From Thiogranum sp. (GTDB lineage Bacteria > Pseudomonadota > Gammaproteobacteria > DSM-19610), in assembly GCA_024636585.1 (NCBI GenBank), contig JAGXGS010000021.1, positions 59,722-123,721 of the forward strand: a stretch of 64,000 nucleotides of DNA, given 5' to 3'. Shown here in pieces: positions 54,464 through 63,327 of the stretch. Below the pieces are notes generated by a model. It did no database searches. It had not been told where the DNA came from and saw only the letters and a list, made by a program, of their open reading frames with translations. Position 1 is the first letter of the stretch; each line of letters opens with the position of its first letter. The translations under genes were made by a program, and so were the position numbers.

Positions 54464-55903
54464 TCAGCGATTGGCCAGATTCCTTTCTCCGGCATGGCCT
54501 GCGGCCGCCGCCATCTGGCTACTCTGAAGCCGGTACTTCTGGATGCGGTAACGCAGGGTTTCGCGAGTCGTGCCGAGCGCCTTGGCAGTCGCGGCGACGT
54601 TATAGCGGCTGCGTTCCAGCGCCGCCTGGATGATGTAGCTGTCCATCTCATCGAGCGCCATCGAACCATCGAGCGGGATGATCACCCGGTCGCCGTCCAC
54701 CTCGGCACGTCCGTCGCCCTGGCCGGTTTCGCGATCGAGCTGCAGCCAGCGTTCCTCGAGATGACTGCCCTGCGACAGCAGTACCGTGCGCTCGATCACA
54801 TTGCGCAACTCCCGGACATTGCCCGGCCAGTGATAACGCGACAGCTGTTGATAGATCCGGTCACTGATGTGACTGATGTGCTGATTGGCAATGGCATTGA
54901 ATTCTTCTACGAATACCGGCACCAGCTGCCGGAGATCTTCCATGCGCTCGCGTAGCGACGGCAACGGAATCTGGAATACATTCAGACGATGATAGAGATC
55001 GCCGCGAAAACGCTGGTCACGCACCTGGCGCTCGAGCTGCCGGTTGCTGGCGGCGATCACCTGGACATCCACGCTGAAGGTTTTTTCACCGCCTACCCGG
55101 CGCACCCGGCGATCTTCGATGGCGGTCAGCAGCTTGGCCTGCAGATCGGGGTCCAGCTCACCGATCTCATCGAGAAACAATGTGCCGCCATCGGCCTGTT
55201 CCAGATAGCCGCGGTGCCGGCCTCTGGCGCCAGTGAACGAACCTGACTCGTGACCGAACAGCTCCGAGTCGGCGAGGTCACGCGGCAGTGCAGCGCAATT
55301 TACATCGATGAACGGCCCGTCGCCGCGCGCGCCGCCGTGGTGCAGGATGCGCGCAATCAGACCTTTGCCGGTTCCGGTTTCACCGCTGATGATCAACCCG
55401 CTGATCGGCACTTCGATCAGACGTTGCACCAGGTCACGCACCTGCTGTGCCTGTGGACTGCCGCCGACGAAAGCTTCCGGTCCATAGCGCCTGACGCCCT
55501 CGGCGCATTGCCGGCGCAGTCGCCCCTGCGCAGTCGCACCGCGACGGGCACCGTTCAGCACCACACTCAGACGCTCCATGCTGCAGGGCTTTTCCAGAAA
55601 ATCGAGTGCCCCCAGTCTGAGCGCGCGCACCGAATCCGGCATATTGCCGTTGCCGGTCAGCAACACCCATTCGACGGACTTGCGCTGTTCCCGGACATCC
55701 TCCAGAAGATCCAGCGAATTGCCATCGGGCAGGGTCATGTCCGCCAGCACCACCAGCGGCTCGTTTGCCTCGTCACTCAGTATCCTGCGGGCCTCGGCAA
55801 GGGTGCTGGCCACCTGTACTTCCCATCCCTGAGGGGAAAGGTAGCGCGCCAGTTCGTTGGCCAGTCGTTCTTCGGCTTCGATAATCAGCAATGAATCAGC
55901 CAC
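54464..55903 (-). CDS. NtrC-family sigma54-dependent response regulator (REC-AAA+-Fis HTH)
   Basis: GETGTGK; [13 protein letters not shown]; GTLFLDEIG; [10 protein letters not shown]; AAKAL-like [21 protein letters not shown]. Confidence 0.92.
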   Translation of the reverse strand: MADSLLIIEAEERLANELARYLSPQGWEVQVASTLAEARRILSDEANEPLVVLADMTLPDGNSLDLLEDVREQRKSVEWVLLTGNGNMPDSVRALRLGALDFLEKPCSMERLSVVLNGARRGATAQGRLRRQCAEGVRRYGPEAFVGGSPQAQQVRDLVQRLIEVPISGLIISGETGTGKGLIARILHHGGARGDGPFIDVNCAALPRDLADSELFGHESGSFTGARGRHRGYLEQADGGTLFLDEIGELDPDLQAKLLTAIEDRRVRRVGGEKTFSVDVQVIAASNRQLERQVRDQRFRGDLYHRLNVFQIPLPSLRERMEDLRQLVPVFVEEFNAIANQHISHISDRIYQQLSRYHWPGNVRELRNVIERTVLLSQGSHLEERWLQLDRETGQGDGRAEVDGDRVIIPLDGSMALDEMDSYIIQAALERSRYNVAATAKALGTTRETLRYRIQKYRLQSSQMAAAAGHAGERNLANR

Positions 55904-56125
55904 TACAACTCTCCATCCGGATACCGGCCGGGTCCAGTGGCAGCAGCGCCGTCAGTCGGCGCCGCGGGTGAAAAAAAATATCGTCCCTGACTTTAACGTC
56001 CATGTTTCCTCCATCGAATTCAGCCGCCGAACGGACTTGCCAGACCGAGCCGGCACGCCCACTGCACAGCGCCTGTTCAATAAAAACCTTTCCAATGGCC
56101 CTGGAGCCGGTGGCGATTGCTCTGT

Positions 56126-56656
56126 TCACAGCGTACCAACTACGTTGTCTGACATATCCTTCAGTACATCCCGGGCACGCTGCTCTTCATCGTGGTCGCG
56201 GGCATGCACCACCACGAACCAGTGACCGTTACGAGCGGCATCCTCCACCCAGGCGATAACCACATCATGATCGGGCCGCAGTGTAAAAAAGCCGCCGAGC
56301 AGCAATCCGCCAACGGTCCCGAACCCCGCCAGCGCGCCATAGGTGTAGAGCGGATTCGAAGTAAAGGCCCGGATGTCGGTGGTCACCAGAATCGATGCGA
56401 TCAACAGACCCAGCAGAAATCCTGCAATACCCAGCACGACGTGAGCCAGAACCAGCGTCCTCGCGATGCCGCGGGTCTCGGGTTCCAGTTTTTTCTCGAC
56501 GGCAGGATCGTTCGGCTTCACGATGCGGACCTGACGGCTGCTGAGTCCGCTCTGCCTGACCAGGCGATCCGCTGCTTCCCGGGCCTGTTCCCCGGTGGCG
56601 AATTCCGCGGCGACTCTGGACAAATATTTTTCGCCGAATATCGCAAGCGTTGCCAT
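56126..56656 (-). CDS. Two-TM hypothetical membrane protein
   Basis: AGGAGA RBS; KLEPE..GIARTL; two TMs. Confidence 0.75.
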   Translation of the reverse strand: MATLAIFGEKYLSRVAAEFATGEQAREAADRLVRQSGLSSRQVRIVKPNDPAVEKKLEPETRGIARTLVLAHVVLGIAGFLLGLLIASILVTTDIRAFTSNPLYTYGALAGFGTVGGLLLGGFFTLRPDHDVVIAWVEDAARNGHWFVVVHARDHDEEQRARDVLKDMSDNVVGTL

Positions 56657-56689
56657 TATTTTTCTCCTCCAGACCTGCGCGCCCGCGCC

Positions 56690-57658
56690 TCAGTCTCTGT
56701 TCGTATTGCGACGCATGGACTCGACGACCCGCCCCGGCAACGGATGAGCAGCGCCTTCGGCAGCTCGCTTGGCCTTGTAGCAGGCTGCATCGGCCTGGGC
56801 CCAGACGGTTTCGAAAGTCCCGCTGTTGCGATCTATATTCACCAGTCCAATACTGATACCGAGACTCAGCGACTGACCCTGCCAGTTGAACTCCTGTTCC
56901 TGCAGCAGCAGGCGCAGTTCACTGACGGTACGCACTCCCTCCGCAGGCAGGCAGTGCTCCATCAGCAGGCCGAACTCATCGCCGCCAAGCCGGCCGAGGG
57001 TATCGCGCTCGCGAATCGAGGATCGCAGGGTGGTGGCAACCTGTTTGAGTACCGCATCGCCGGCCAGATGACCGTGCGTGTCATTGATCTGTTTGAAGCG
57101 ATCGAGGTCCATGAACAGCAACACATGTTGCGATCCGTCCTGGCGGGCGCGCTCCAGCACCGTGCCCAGCCGGCGCTCGAACTCCCGTCGGTTGACCAGG
57201 TTGGTGAGATGGTCACGCGCGCACTGGCGTTTCAACTGGCGCAGTCGGTCATAGGCGCGCGTGCAATCGCGGAGCAGCACCACCCGGTCCGGCCAGGCGC
57301 GCCAGGCGGGATTGCTCGCACTGGCAATCTTCACCACCCGACGGCTGCCGTCGCAGCGCGTGAGCAGGTAGTGCGGATCATCTCCCTGGCAGTCGCTTTC
57401 CCCCTGCCCCTCGGGCAGCGCTGTCAGCGGCTGCTTTGTGCCTGCCGTGTCGCGCAGGATCATGAGTTCCGACCAGTGCCGGCCCACCGCCTGATCCGCG
57501 GATACATTCAGCAGCCGTTCCGCCTGTGGATTCAGGAACCGCACCTCGCCATCCGGACCGACTGTCAGTAACGCCTCCGGCAGTGCCAGCAGCAACTGCA
57601 TGGCCCATCGACTCTCGATTGCCGGGTGTTCGGTCGGAAGTGCGTATTGCAGTGCCAT
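56690..57658 (-). CDS. PAS-GGDEF diguanylate cyclase
   Basis: DHLTNLVNRR; DLDRFKQINDTHGHLAGD; RERD-x5-GGDEF. Confidence 0.9.
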   Translation of the reverse strand: MALQYALPTEHPAIESRWAMQLLLALPEALLTVGPDGEVRFLNPQAERLLNVSADQAVGRHWSELMILRDTAGTKQPLTALPEGQGESDCQGDDPHYLLTRCDGSRRVVKIASASNPAWRAWPDRVVLLRDCTRAYDRLRQLKRQCARDHLTNLVNRREFERRLGTVLERARQDGSQHVLLFMDLDRFKQINDTHGHLAGDAVLKQVATTLRSSIRERDTLGRLGGDEFGLLMEHCLPAEGVRTVSELRLLLQEQEFNWQGQSLSLGISIGLVNIDRNSGTFETVWAQADAACYKAKRAAEGAAHPLPGRVVESMRRNTNRD

Positions 57659-57745
57659 CTCGTCTGGTCTCCTGGTAGTTCTTTTTACTGGGCATACTGA
57701 CTTTTTAACAGTATTCCCCTCGCGCAGGTGGAAGAATCCGTGTGA

Positions 57746-58405
57746 TTACGTTCGGAAAAACTCGTACCCCGGGCTCATGTCCGGTTCGATCCCCAACTCA
57801 TGGCACAATGCAGCCTTGCGGCACAGGTCGGCGATATTGGCAGCCTGCATTTTTTCCATGACATGTGCGCGGTGATTTTCAACAGTGCGCGGACTGATAT
57901 TCAGCACCCGCGCGATTTCCTTGTTACTCAAGCCGTCGGTGGCGAGCTGCATGACTTCGCACTCGCGCGGCGTGAGCTGTTGACAGCGAGCCCGGATCTG
58001 GCTTTCCGCCATTTCCCGTTCCCGCTGTCGCCGGTCTTCGGCGACAGCTTTCTCGATCCGGGAAATCAGGGTTGCGGTCGACAGTGGCTTTTCCAGAAAA
58101 TCGACCGCCCCCTGCTGCACTGCTTTCACACTAGCCGGAATACTGCCGGCGCCGGAGATGAAGATCACAGGGATCTGGCAACCCTTCTTCCTGAGTGCCT
58201 CCTGCAGACTCAGGCCATCCATGCCCGGCATGCGCAGATCCAGAATCAGGCAACCGGGCCGGTCTCCGTCACTGCAGGTCTCGAAGAAGGATTCAGCCGT
58301 GGCATAGGCCTGGACCCTGTAGCCTGCCAGGTCGAGCGCCATCGACAGCGACTCGCGTACTGCACTGTCGTCGTCCACCAGAAAGATTGTTGGCTTCTCA
58401 TCCAT
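57746..58405 (-). CDS. FixJ-like REC-LuxR response regulator
   Basis: LVDDD; LDLRMPGMDG; LTPRE...NKEIA...ISPRTVENHR. Confidence 0.9.
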   Translation of the reverse strand: MDEKPTIFLVDDDSAVRESLSMALDLAGYRVQAYATAESFFETCSDGDRPGCLILDLRMPGMDGLSLQEALRKKGCQIPVIFISGAGSIPASVKAVQQGAVDFLEKPLSTATLISRIEKAVAEDRRQREREMAESQIRARCQQLTPRECEVMQLATDGLSNKEIARVLNISPRTVENHRAHVMEKMQAANIADLCRKAALCHELGIEPDMSPGYEFFRT

Positions 58406-58433
58406 CCCCGGTCATTTCACCTGTGTAGCCGGC

Positions 58434-58742
58434 TTAATGTGTGGCATAGGTCAGACAGTTGATAACCTGATCGCCACTGATGCCGACAGAGATTTCGTCG
58501 GCGCCACACTCAAGCTCGACATTGTGAACGCAATCACTCACTTTGCACGCACCAACGCCGGCGATCAGCTTACCGTCGACGTGCATGGAACCGCTGTTCT
58601 CGAGAAAAGTGTCGCATCCCGGGATACTACTGTGACCAATGGTAATCGCTTTGGCGTGACACCTTTCATTGATGTTGTATGCACATTCCTTTATCGAACA
58701 CCCGTTGACTGCGGGCATCTCTACGGTCATCTTCATCGTCAT
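58434..58742 (-). CDS. Cys-rich DUF1540 repeat protein
   Basis: C.IKECAYN...CHAKAI.I and C.VSDCVHN...CGADEI.V; GGAGG RBS. Confidence 0.85.
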   Translation of the reverse strand: MTMKMTVEMPAVNGCSIKECAYNINERCHAKAITIGHSSIPGCDTFLENSGSMHVDGKLIAGVGACKVSDCVHNVELECGADEISVGISGDQVINCLTYATH

Positions 58743-58806
58743 TACCTCCGTGTCCTGCGGTACTGATTTTCCAGGCCAGTATCGTATAAAACTGTTCCGC
58801 CTGATG

Positions 58807-58826
58807 TCATTGCGATATCACAATGA
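58807..58826 (-). promoter_or_regulatory. Crp/Fnr-type palindrome 11 (DUF1540)
   Basis: TCATTGC-GATATC-ACAATGA; minus-strand -10 TACGAT starting at 58786. Confidence 0.6.
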
Positions 58827-58841
58827 ATCGCCACCTGTTGC

Positions 58842-59390
58842 CTAGATCGCGTCGACTGCGATCACTCCGCAGGCTACACGCTCACCGCCGCCACCCAGCG
58901 GCTTTGGGCTGTCGGAATAGTTATCTCCGCTCTCATGCACAACCACCGAGCGAGCGACCAGATCCGGAACCTCCAGGCGCGGCGCGAACATTGCCATAGT
59001 TGCCGTGCCATCCGGTCCAACCAGCAAGGCCGGCATGTCACCGAGATGCCCATCGCCTACCGGACCTGCATGCTTCCCGGTGTTTTCCGCGTCATAATGG
59101 CCGCCCGCCGCGCCGCCGGGAACCGTCTTGCCATTTTTGCTTTTTGCTCCACAGTCAGGATTCTCGTGCACATGGAAGCCATGCGCTCCGGGGCTGAGGC
59201 CCTTGAGGTCAGGGATGATCAGCAGCCCCAGTTCACTGCTGTCACGGAAGGTGACGGAGCCAATAGATTCGCCGACGCCCTCCTTTGTGGCTTTCTTTAT
59301 CTCCACCTTCAGATCCGCGGCCTGAGCGCCTGTCAGTACACCGCCCATCAGCAATGCGCCTGATACTATGGATGCCATTTTGAAATTCAT
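58842..59390 (-). CDS. sodC: Periplasmic Cu/Zn superoxide dismutase
   Basis: Signal peptide; HGFHVHENPDC; AGGHYD; HLGDMP; VVHESGDNY; GERVACG. Confidence 0.94.
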   Translation of the reverse strand: MNFKMASIVSGALLMGGVLTGAQAADLKVEIKKATKEGVGESIGSVTFRDSSELGLLIIPDLKGLSPGAHGFHVHENPDCGAKSKNGKTVPGGAAGGHYDAENTGKHAGPVGDGHLGDMPALLVGPDGTATMAMFAPRLEVPDLVARSVVVHESGDNYSDSPKPLGGGGERVACGVIAVDAI

Positions 59391-59503
59391 AGAGTCCCTC
59401 CTTGCCGGCGATAGCCTCGGCGTCAGCGCAATTGAACGAGAAGTTGACGGCCCCACTGAGGCCGGCACACCAGCATTAACCATAAGGCCCGCATTACCCG
59501 CCG

Positions 59504-59555
59504 TCACTGACAATTCGCAATTCTCGGGCGCCTCGCGATTGAGAATTATCATTGC
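59504..59555. promoter_or_regulatory. Crp/Fnr-type palindromes 12 and 13 (sodC leftward, ahpC rightward)
   Basis: TCACTGA-CAATTC-GCAATTC (59504-59523; minus -10 TATGGT starting at 59484) and CGATTGA-GAATTA-TCATTGC (59536-59555; plus -10 TAATTT at 59575). Confidence 0.58.
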
Positions 59556-59622
59556 CAGTCCGGCGCATCTTTTCTAATTTCAGCGCAACCGAATGGACAG
59601 TCACACCTGAACGGAGCTCACG

Positions 59623-60219
59623 ATGACACTGGTAAACACAGCGGCACCCGATTTCACCGCCCCGGCAGTCATGCCGAATGGATCGATCAACGAGAATTTC
59701 CGGCTGCAGGACTTGCGTGGCCACTATGTGGTGGTGTTTTTCTGGCCGCTGGACTTCACCTTCGTGTGCCCTTCGGAAATCATAGCCCACGATAACCGAT
59801 TCGATGAATTCAAGGCGCGCGGCGCGGAACTGGTCGGGATATCAATCGATTCGGTGTACGTGCACTACGCCTGGCGGGAGACACCGCGCGACAAAGGCGG
59901 CATCGGCCCGGTGAAGTTCCCCATCGTCTCCGACCTCACGCACGCCATCACCCGCGCCTATGGCATCGAACACAGCGACGGCGTGGCGCTGCGCGGCTCC
60001 TTTCTGATCGACCGCGAAGGGATTGTGCAGCATCAGGTGGTGAACAATCTGCCACTGGGGCGTGAGGTCGATGAAATGCTGCGCCTGCTGGATGCCCTGC
60101 AATTCTGCGAAGAGCATGGCGAAGTCTGCCCGGCCGGCTGGCACAAGGGCGAGGAAGGTATGAAGCCTACCGCACAAGGGGTAGCGGACTACCTCGGCAA
60201 ACACGCGCAGCAGCTGTAG
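59623..60219 (+). CDS. ahpC: 2-Cys peroxiredoxin (AhpC/TsaA)
   Basis: PLDFTFVCPSE and EVCPAGW. Confidence 0.93.
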   Translation: MTLVNTAAPDFTAPAVMPNGSINENFRLQDLRGHYVVVFFWPLDFTFVCPSEIIAHDNRFDEFKARGAELVGISIDSVYVHYAWRETPRDKGGIGPVKFPIVSDLTHAITRAYGIEHSDGVALRGSFLIDREGIVQHQVVNNLPLGREVDEMLRLLDALQFCEEHGEVCPAGWHKGEEGMKPTAQGVADYLGKHAQQL

Positions 60220-60259
60220 ACGCGGCTGATCGGCTGCGCAACCCGGACCGGGTGCAACG

Positions 60260-61630
60260 ATGTCCGACACCGTCGACATGCTGCTGCTGGCGCGCATCCA
60301 GTTCGCCTTCACCATTGCCTTCCATATTATTTTTCCCGCCTTTACGATCGGGCTCGCCAGCTACCTGGCATTCCTTGAAGCACTGTGGTTGAAGACGCGG
60401 CGCCAGCTGTACATGGATCTGTACCGGTTCTGGTTGAAACTGTTTGCTCTCTCGTTTGGCATGGGCGTGGTATCCGGACTGGTCATGAGCTATCAGTTCG
60501 GCATGAACTGGAGCCGGTTTTCCGAGCAGACCGGCAATGTGCTCGGCCCGCTGCTCGGCTATGAGGTGTTGACGGCGTTTTTTCTCGAGGCATCGTTTCT
60601 CGGTATCATGCTGTTCGGACATAACCGCGTCGGCCCGCGCCTGCATTTCATGGCCACCTGTATCGTCGCCATCGGCACCCTGATCTCCGCCTTCTGGATT
60701 CTTTCCGCCAACAGCTGGATGCATACGCCGGCCGGGCATTCTCTGATCGATGGTGTTTTTTACGCCGAGGACTGGTGGGCCGTCATATTCAATCCGTCCT
60801 TCCCCTATCGACTCGTGCACATGACGCTGGCGGCATTCCTGTCCACGGCGCTGGTCATCTGCGCGGTCGCTGCGCTGCACCTGTTGCGGCGCACGCACAC
60901 CGAGGCCGCAAGTACCATGCTGCGTATGGCGCTGCCGTCCATCGCAGTCATTGCAACACTGCAGATCATCGCCGGCCATGAACACGGCGTGAACACCTGG
61001 CACCATCAGCCGGCCAAGCTGGCAGCCATGGAAGGCATCTGGGAAACCCGTCGCAATGCACCACTGCTGTTGTTCGCGCTGCCCGACCAGGAGGCCGAAC
61101 GTAACCACTTCGAAGTTGGCGTGCCCGGGCTGGCGAGCTGGGTGGTTACCGGTGATTTCGCGGGTGAGATCAGGGGGCTCACGACCTGGCCGGCCGATGA
61201 GCGGCCGTTTGTGCCGCTGGTGTTCTGGAGCTTTCGCCTGATGGTCGGAATCGGATTGCTGGCACTGGCAATCGGGCTGTACGGCAGCGCCTGGCTGTGG
61301 CGCGGGGGTATTGCGCGACAGCGCGGTTTCCTGCGCCTGTGCACACTCAGCGCGCCGCTCGGATTCATCGCGGTGCTTGCCGGCTGGATCACCACGGAAT
61401 CGGGGCGTCAGCCTTACACGGTGTACGGACTGCTGCGCACCGCCGATTCGGTTTCCCCACTGAGCGCCGACGCTGTGGGCATGTCGCTCATAGTATTCGT
61501 GTTCGTGTACCTGGTCATCTTCAGCGCCGGCATTTTCTACATGCTGCGGATAGCGCGCCAGGGTCCCGTGAGCCGTCCCGAACCAAAGCCGCACGCCCAC
61601 GGCGCAACTGCCGTGGCTCCGGAATACTAA
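60260..61630 (+). CDS. cydA: Cytochrome bd ubiquinol oxidase subunit I (short Q-loop, CIO-like)
   Basis: RIQFAFTIAFHIIFP; EVLTAFFLEA; NSWMHTP; QPAKLAAMEG; TESGRQP. Confidence 0.94.
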   Translation: MSDTVDMLLLARIQFAFTIAFHIIFPAFTIGLASYLAFLEALWLKTRRQLYMDLYRFWLKLFALSFGMGVVSGLVMSYQFGMNWSRFSEQTGNVLGPLLGYEVLTAFFLEASFLGIMLFGHNRVGPRLHFMATCIVAIGTLISAFWILSANSWMHTPAGHSLIDGVFYAEDWWAVIFNPSFPYRLVHMTLAAFLSTALVICAVAALHLLRRTHTEAASTMLRMALPSIAVIATLQIIAGHEHGVNTWHHQPAKLAAMEGIWETRRNAPLLLFALPDQEAERNHFEVGVPGLASWVVTGDFAGEIRGLTTWPADERPFVPLVFWSFRLMVGIGLLALAIGLYGSAWLWRGGIARQRGFLRLCTLSAPLGFIAVLAGWITTESGRQPYTVYGLLRTADSVSPLSADAVGMSLIVFVFVYLVIFSAGIFYMLRIARQGPVSRPEPKPHAHGATAVAPEY

Positions 61631-61642
61631 GGCAGAGCGCCC

Positions 61643-62671
61643 ATGGATGCTTTTGACCTGCCATTGATCTGGGCCGCCCTGCTGGTTCTGGCGGTATTCA
61701 TGTACGTGCTGCTGGACGGCTTCGATCTCGGCGTCGGCATTCTGTTCCCGTTTGTCGAGACTGACGAACACCGCGACATCATGATGAATTCGGTCGCACC
61801 GGTCTGGGACGGCAATGAGACCTGGCTGGTGCTTGGTGGCGCCGGCCTGTTCGCCGCCTTTCCCAAAGCCTATGCCGCACTGATGCCCGCGATCTACATG
61901 CCGATCGGATTCATGCTGACCGCATTGATTTTCCGCGGCGTCGCCTTTGAATTCCGTTTCAAGGCCAGCGGCGCAATCCGGCGCCTATGGGACCAGGCGT
62001 TTCACTGGGGTTCAGTAGTCACTGCCTTCGCCCAGGGCCTGGTGCTGGGGGCGATCGTACAGGGTATCGATCTGGAGCAGGGGCGCTTCAATGGCGCGCT
62101 GTTCGACTGGCTGACGCCATTCAGTTTCGTCACCGGTTTTGCGCTGGTATGGGGCTACACGCTGCTCGGCGCCGGCTGGCTGATTTTGAAAACCGAAGGC
62201 GAACTGAACGCCTGGGCACATCGCGCGGCGCGCCTGGCGGCCGGCCTGGTGTTGATCATGATGGTGATCGTGACACTCTGGGTGCCGACGCTCGATACCG
62301 CTGTAAGCGAACGCTGGGGCCTGCATTACCCGGTGCCGGACTGGTCGCGGTTACTGCCCTGGTCGCCGGTCCCGCTGCTGGTTGCCTTCTCGTTCTGGAG
62401 GCTGTTCCGCAGCCTGCGCGGCGGCGCCAGCCATGCACCCTACCTGTGGACGGTAGCCCTGTTTCTGCTCGGCTATCTCGGCCTGCTACTCGGCATCTAT
62501 CCCTACCTGGTGCCCTACCAGCTGACGTTCCGGGAAGCCGCCGCCGCACCCAATGCCCAGGCGTTGTTGCTGGTCGGCGCGCTGGTACTGCTGCCCCTGA
62601 TCCTGGGTTATACGGCCTATGCCTACTGGGTGTTCCGCGGCAAGGTCAGAAGCGACGCCGGATATCACTGA
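61643..62671 (+). CDS. cydB: Cytochrome bd oxidase subunit II
   Basis: LDGFDLGVG; PVWDGNETWLV; RGVAFEFR. Confidence 0.94.
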   Translation: MDAFDLPLIWAALLVLAVFMYVLLDGFDLGVGILFPFVETDEHRDIMMNSVAPVWDGNETWLVLGGAGLFAAFPKAYAALMPAIYMPIGFMLTALIFRGVAFEFRFKASGAIRRLWDQAFHWGSVVTAFAQGLVLGAIVQGIDLEQGRFNGALFDWLTPFSFVTGFALVWGYTLLGAGWLILKTEGELNAWAHRAARLAAGLVLIMMVIVTLWVPTLDTAVSERWGLHYPVPDWSRLLPWSPVPLLVAFSFWRLFRSLRGGASHAPYLWTVALFLLGYLGLLLGIYPYLVPYQLTFREAAAAPNAQALLLVGALVLLPLILGYTAYAYWVFRGKVRSDAGYH

Positions 62672-62691
62672 GCACTGCCAGGGCGCTGCTT

Positions 62692-63159
62692 TCAGGGTGC
62701 CGTCTTCGGCGTAAGCTGCCGGGCTATGGCGACAGTGCCGCCGCCTACCCAACGCGCATTCTCGAAGCCGATCGAACGCAACAGCATCGTTGCTCCGAAC
62801 GAGCGCGGGCCGGTGTGGCAAATCACCAGCACCGGACGGTCAGTCGGCAAACGGTCCAGACTCTGCTTCTGGAACAGCTGATCCAGCGGCACATGCACGG
62901 CATCCGGATGACTGAACGCGAGCACCTGCCGTTCGGCCGCGGTACGCACATCGAGCAACAGTACCGGCTGTTTTTTTGCCAGCATCTCCAGCGCCTTGTC
63001 GGCACCGATTTTTGCGTTGCCTGACGCCAGTGCCGCCTGAGTCAGTTTGCCGGTGACCTGTTCATGCAGCGTCGCGGCCAGCTCCGCGTCATAGGCCTGC
63101 GCCACACCACCGAACAGCATAAACGCCGGCAACACCCACAGACGCATTGATTTCTTCAT
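62692..63159 (-). CDS. Exported rhodanese-like protein
   Basis: Signal peptide; LLDVRTAAE; CHTGPRS active-site loop; AGGAG RBS before ATG 63159. Confidence 0.85.
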   Translation of the reverse strand: MKKSMRLWVLPAFMLFGGVAQAYDAELAATLHEQVTGKLTQAALASGNAKIGADKALEMLAKKQPVLLLDVRTAAERQVLAFSHPDAVHVPLDQLFQKQSLDRLPTDRPVLVICHTGPRSFGATMLLRSIGFENARWVGGGTVAIARQLTPKTAP

Positions 63160-63327
63160 GGTGTTCTCCTGATTATCAGATGACCATAAGGAAGTGTAGT
63201 CCAGCACCTGCCGCAGCAGATTGACGCGGATCAGACAGAGATCATGGATTCAGACAAACGGGTGCTTTATGCTCCGGTTTCCACACCAGCGACGGCGGCT
63301 TCACGATTTGCAGGATTTTCGGGCACC

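Noticed and set aside
63221-63234. TTGAC-N4-ATCAG FNR-like site upstream of the rhodanese gene
   Set aside because: Single imperfect match lacking the GCA/TGC flanks; not counted in the 13-site regulon.
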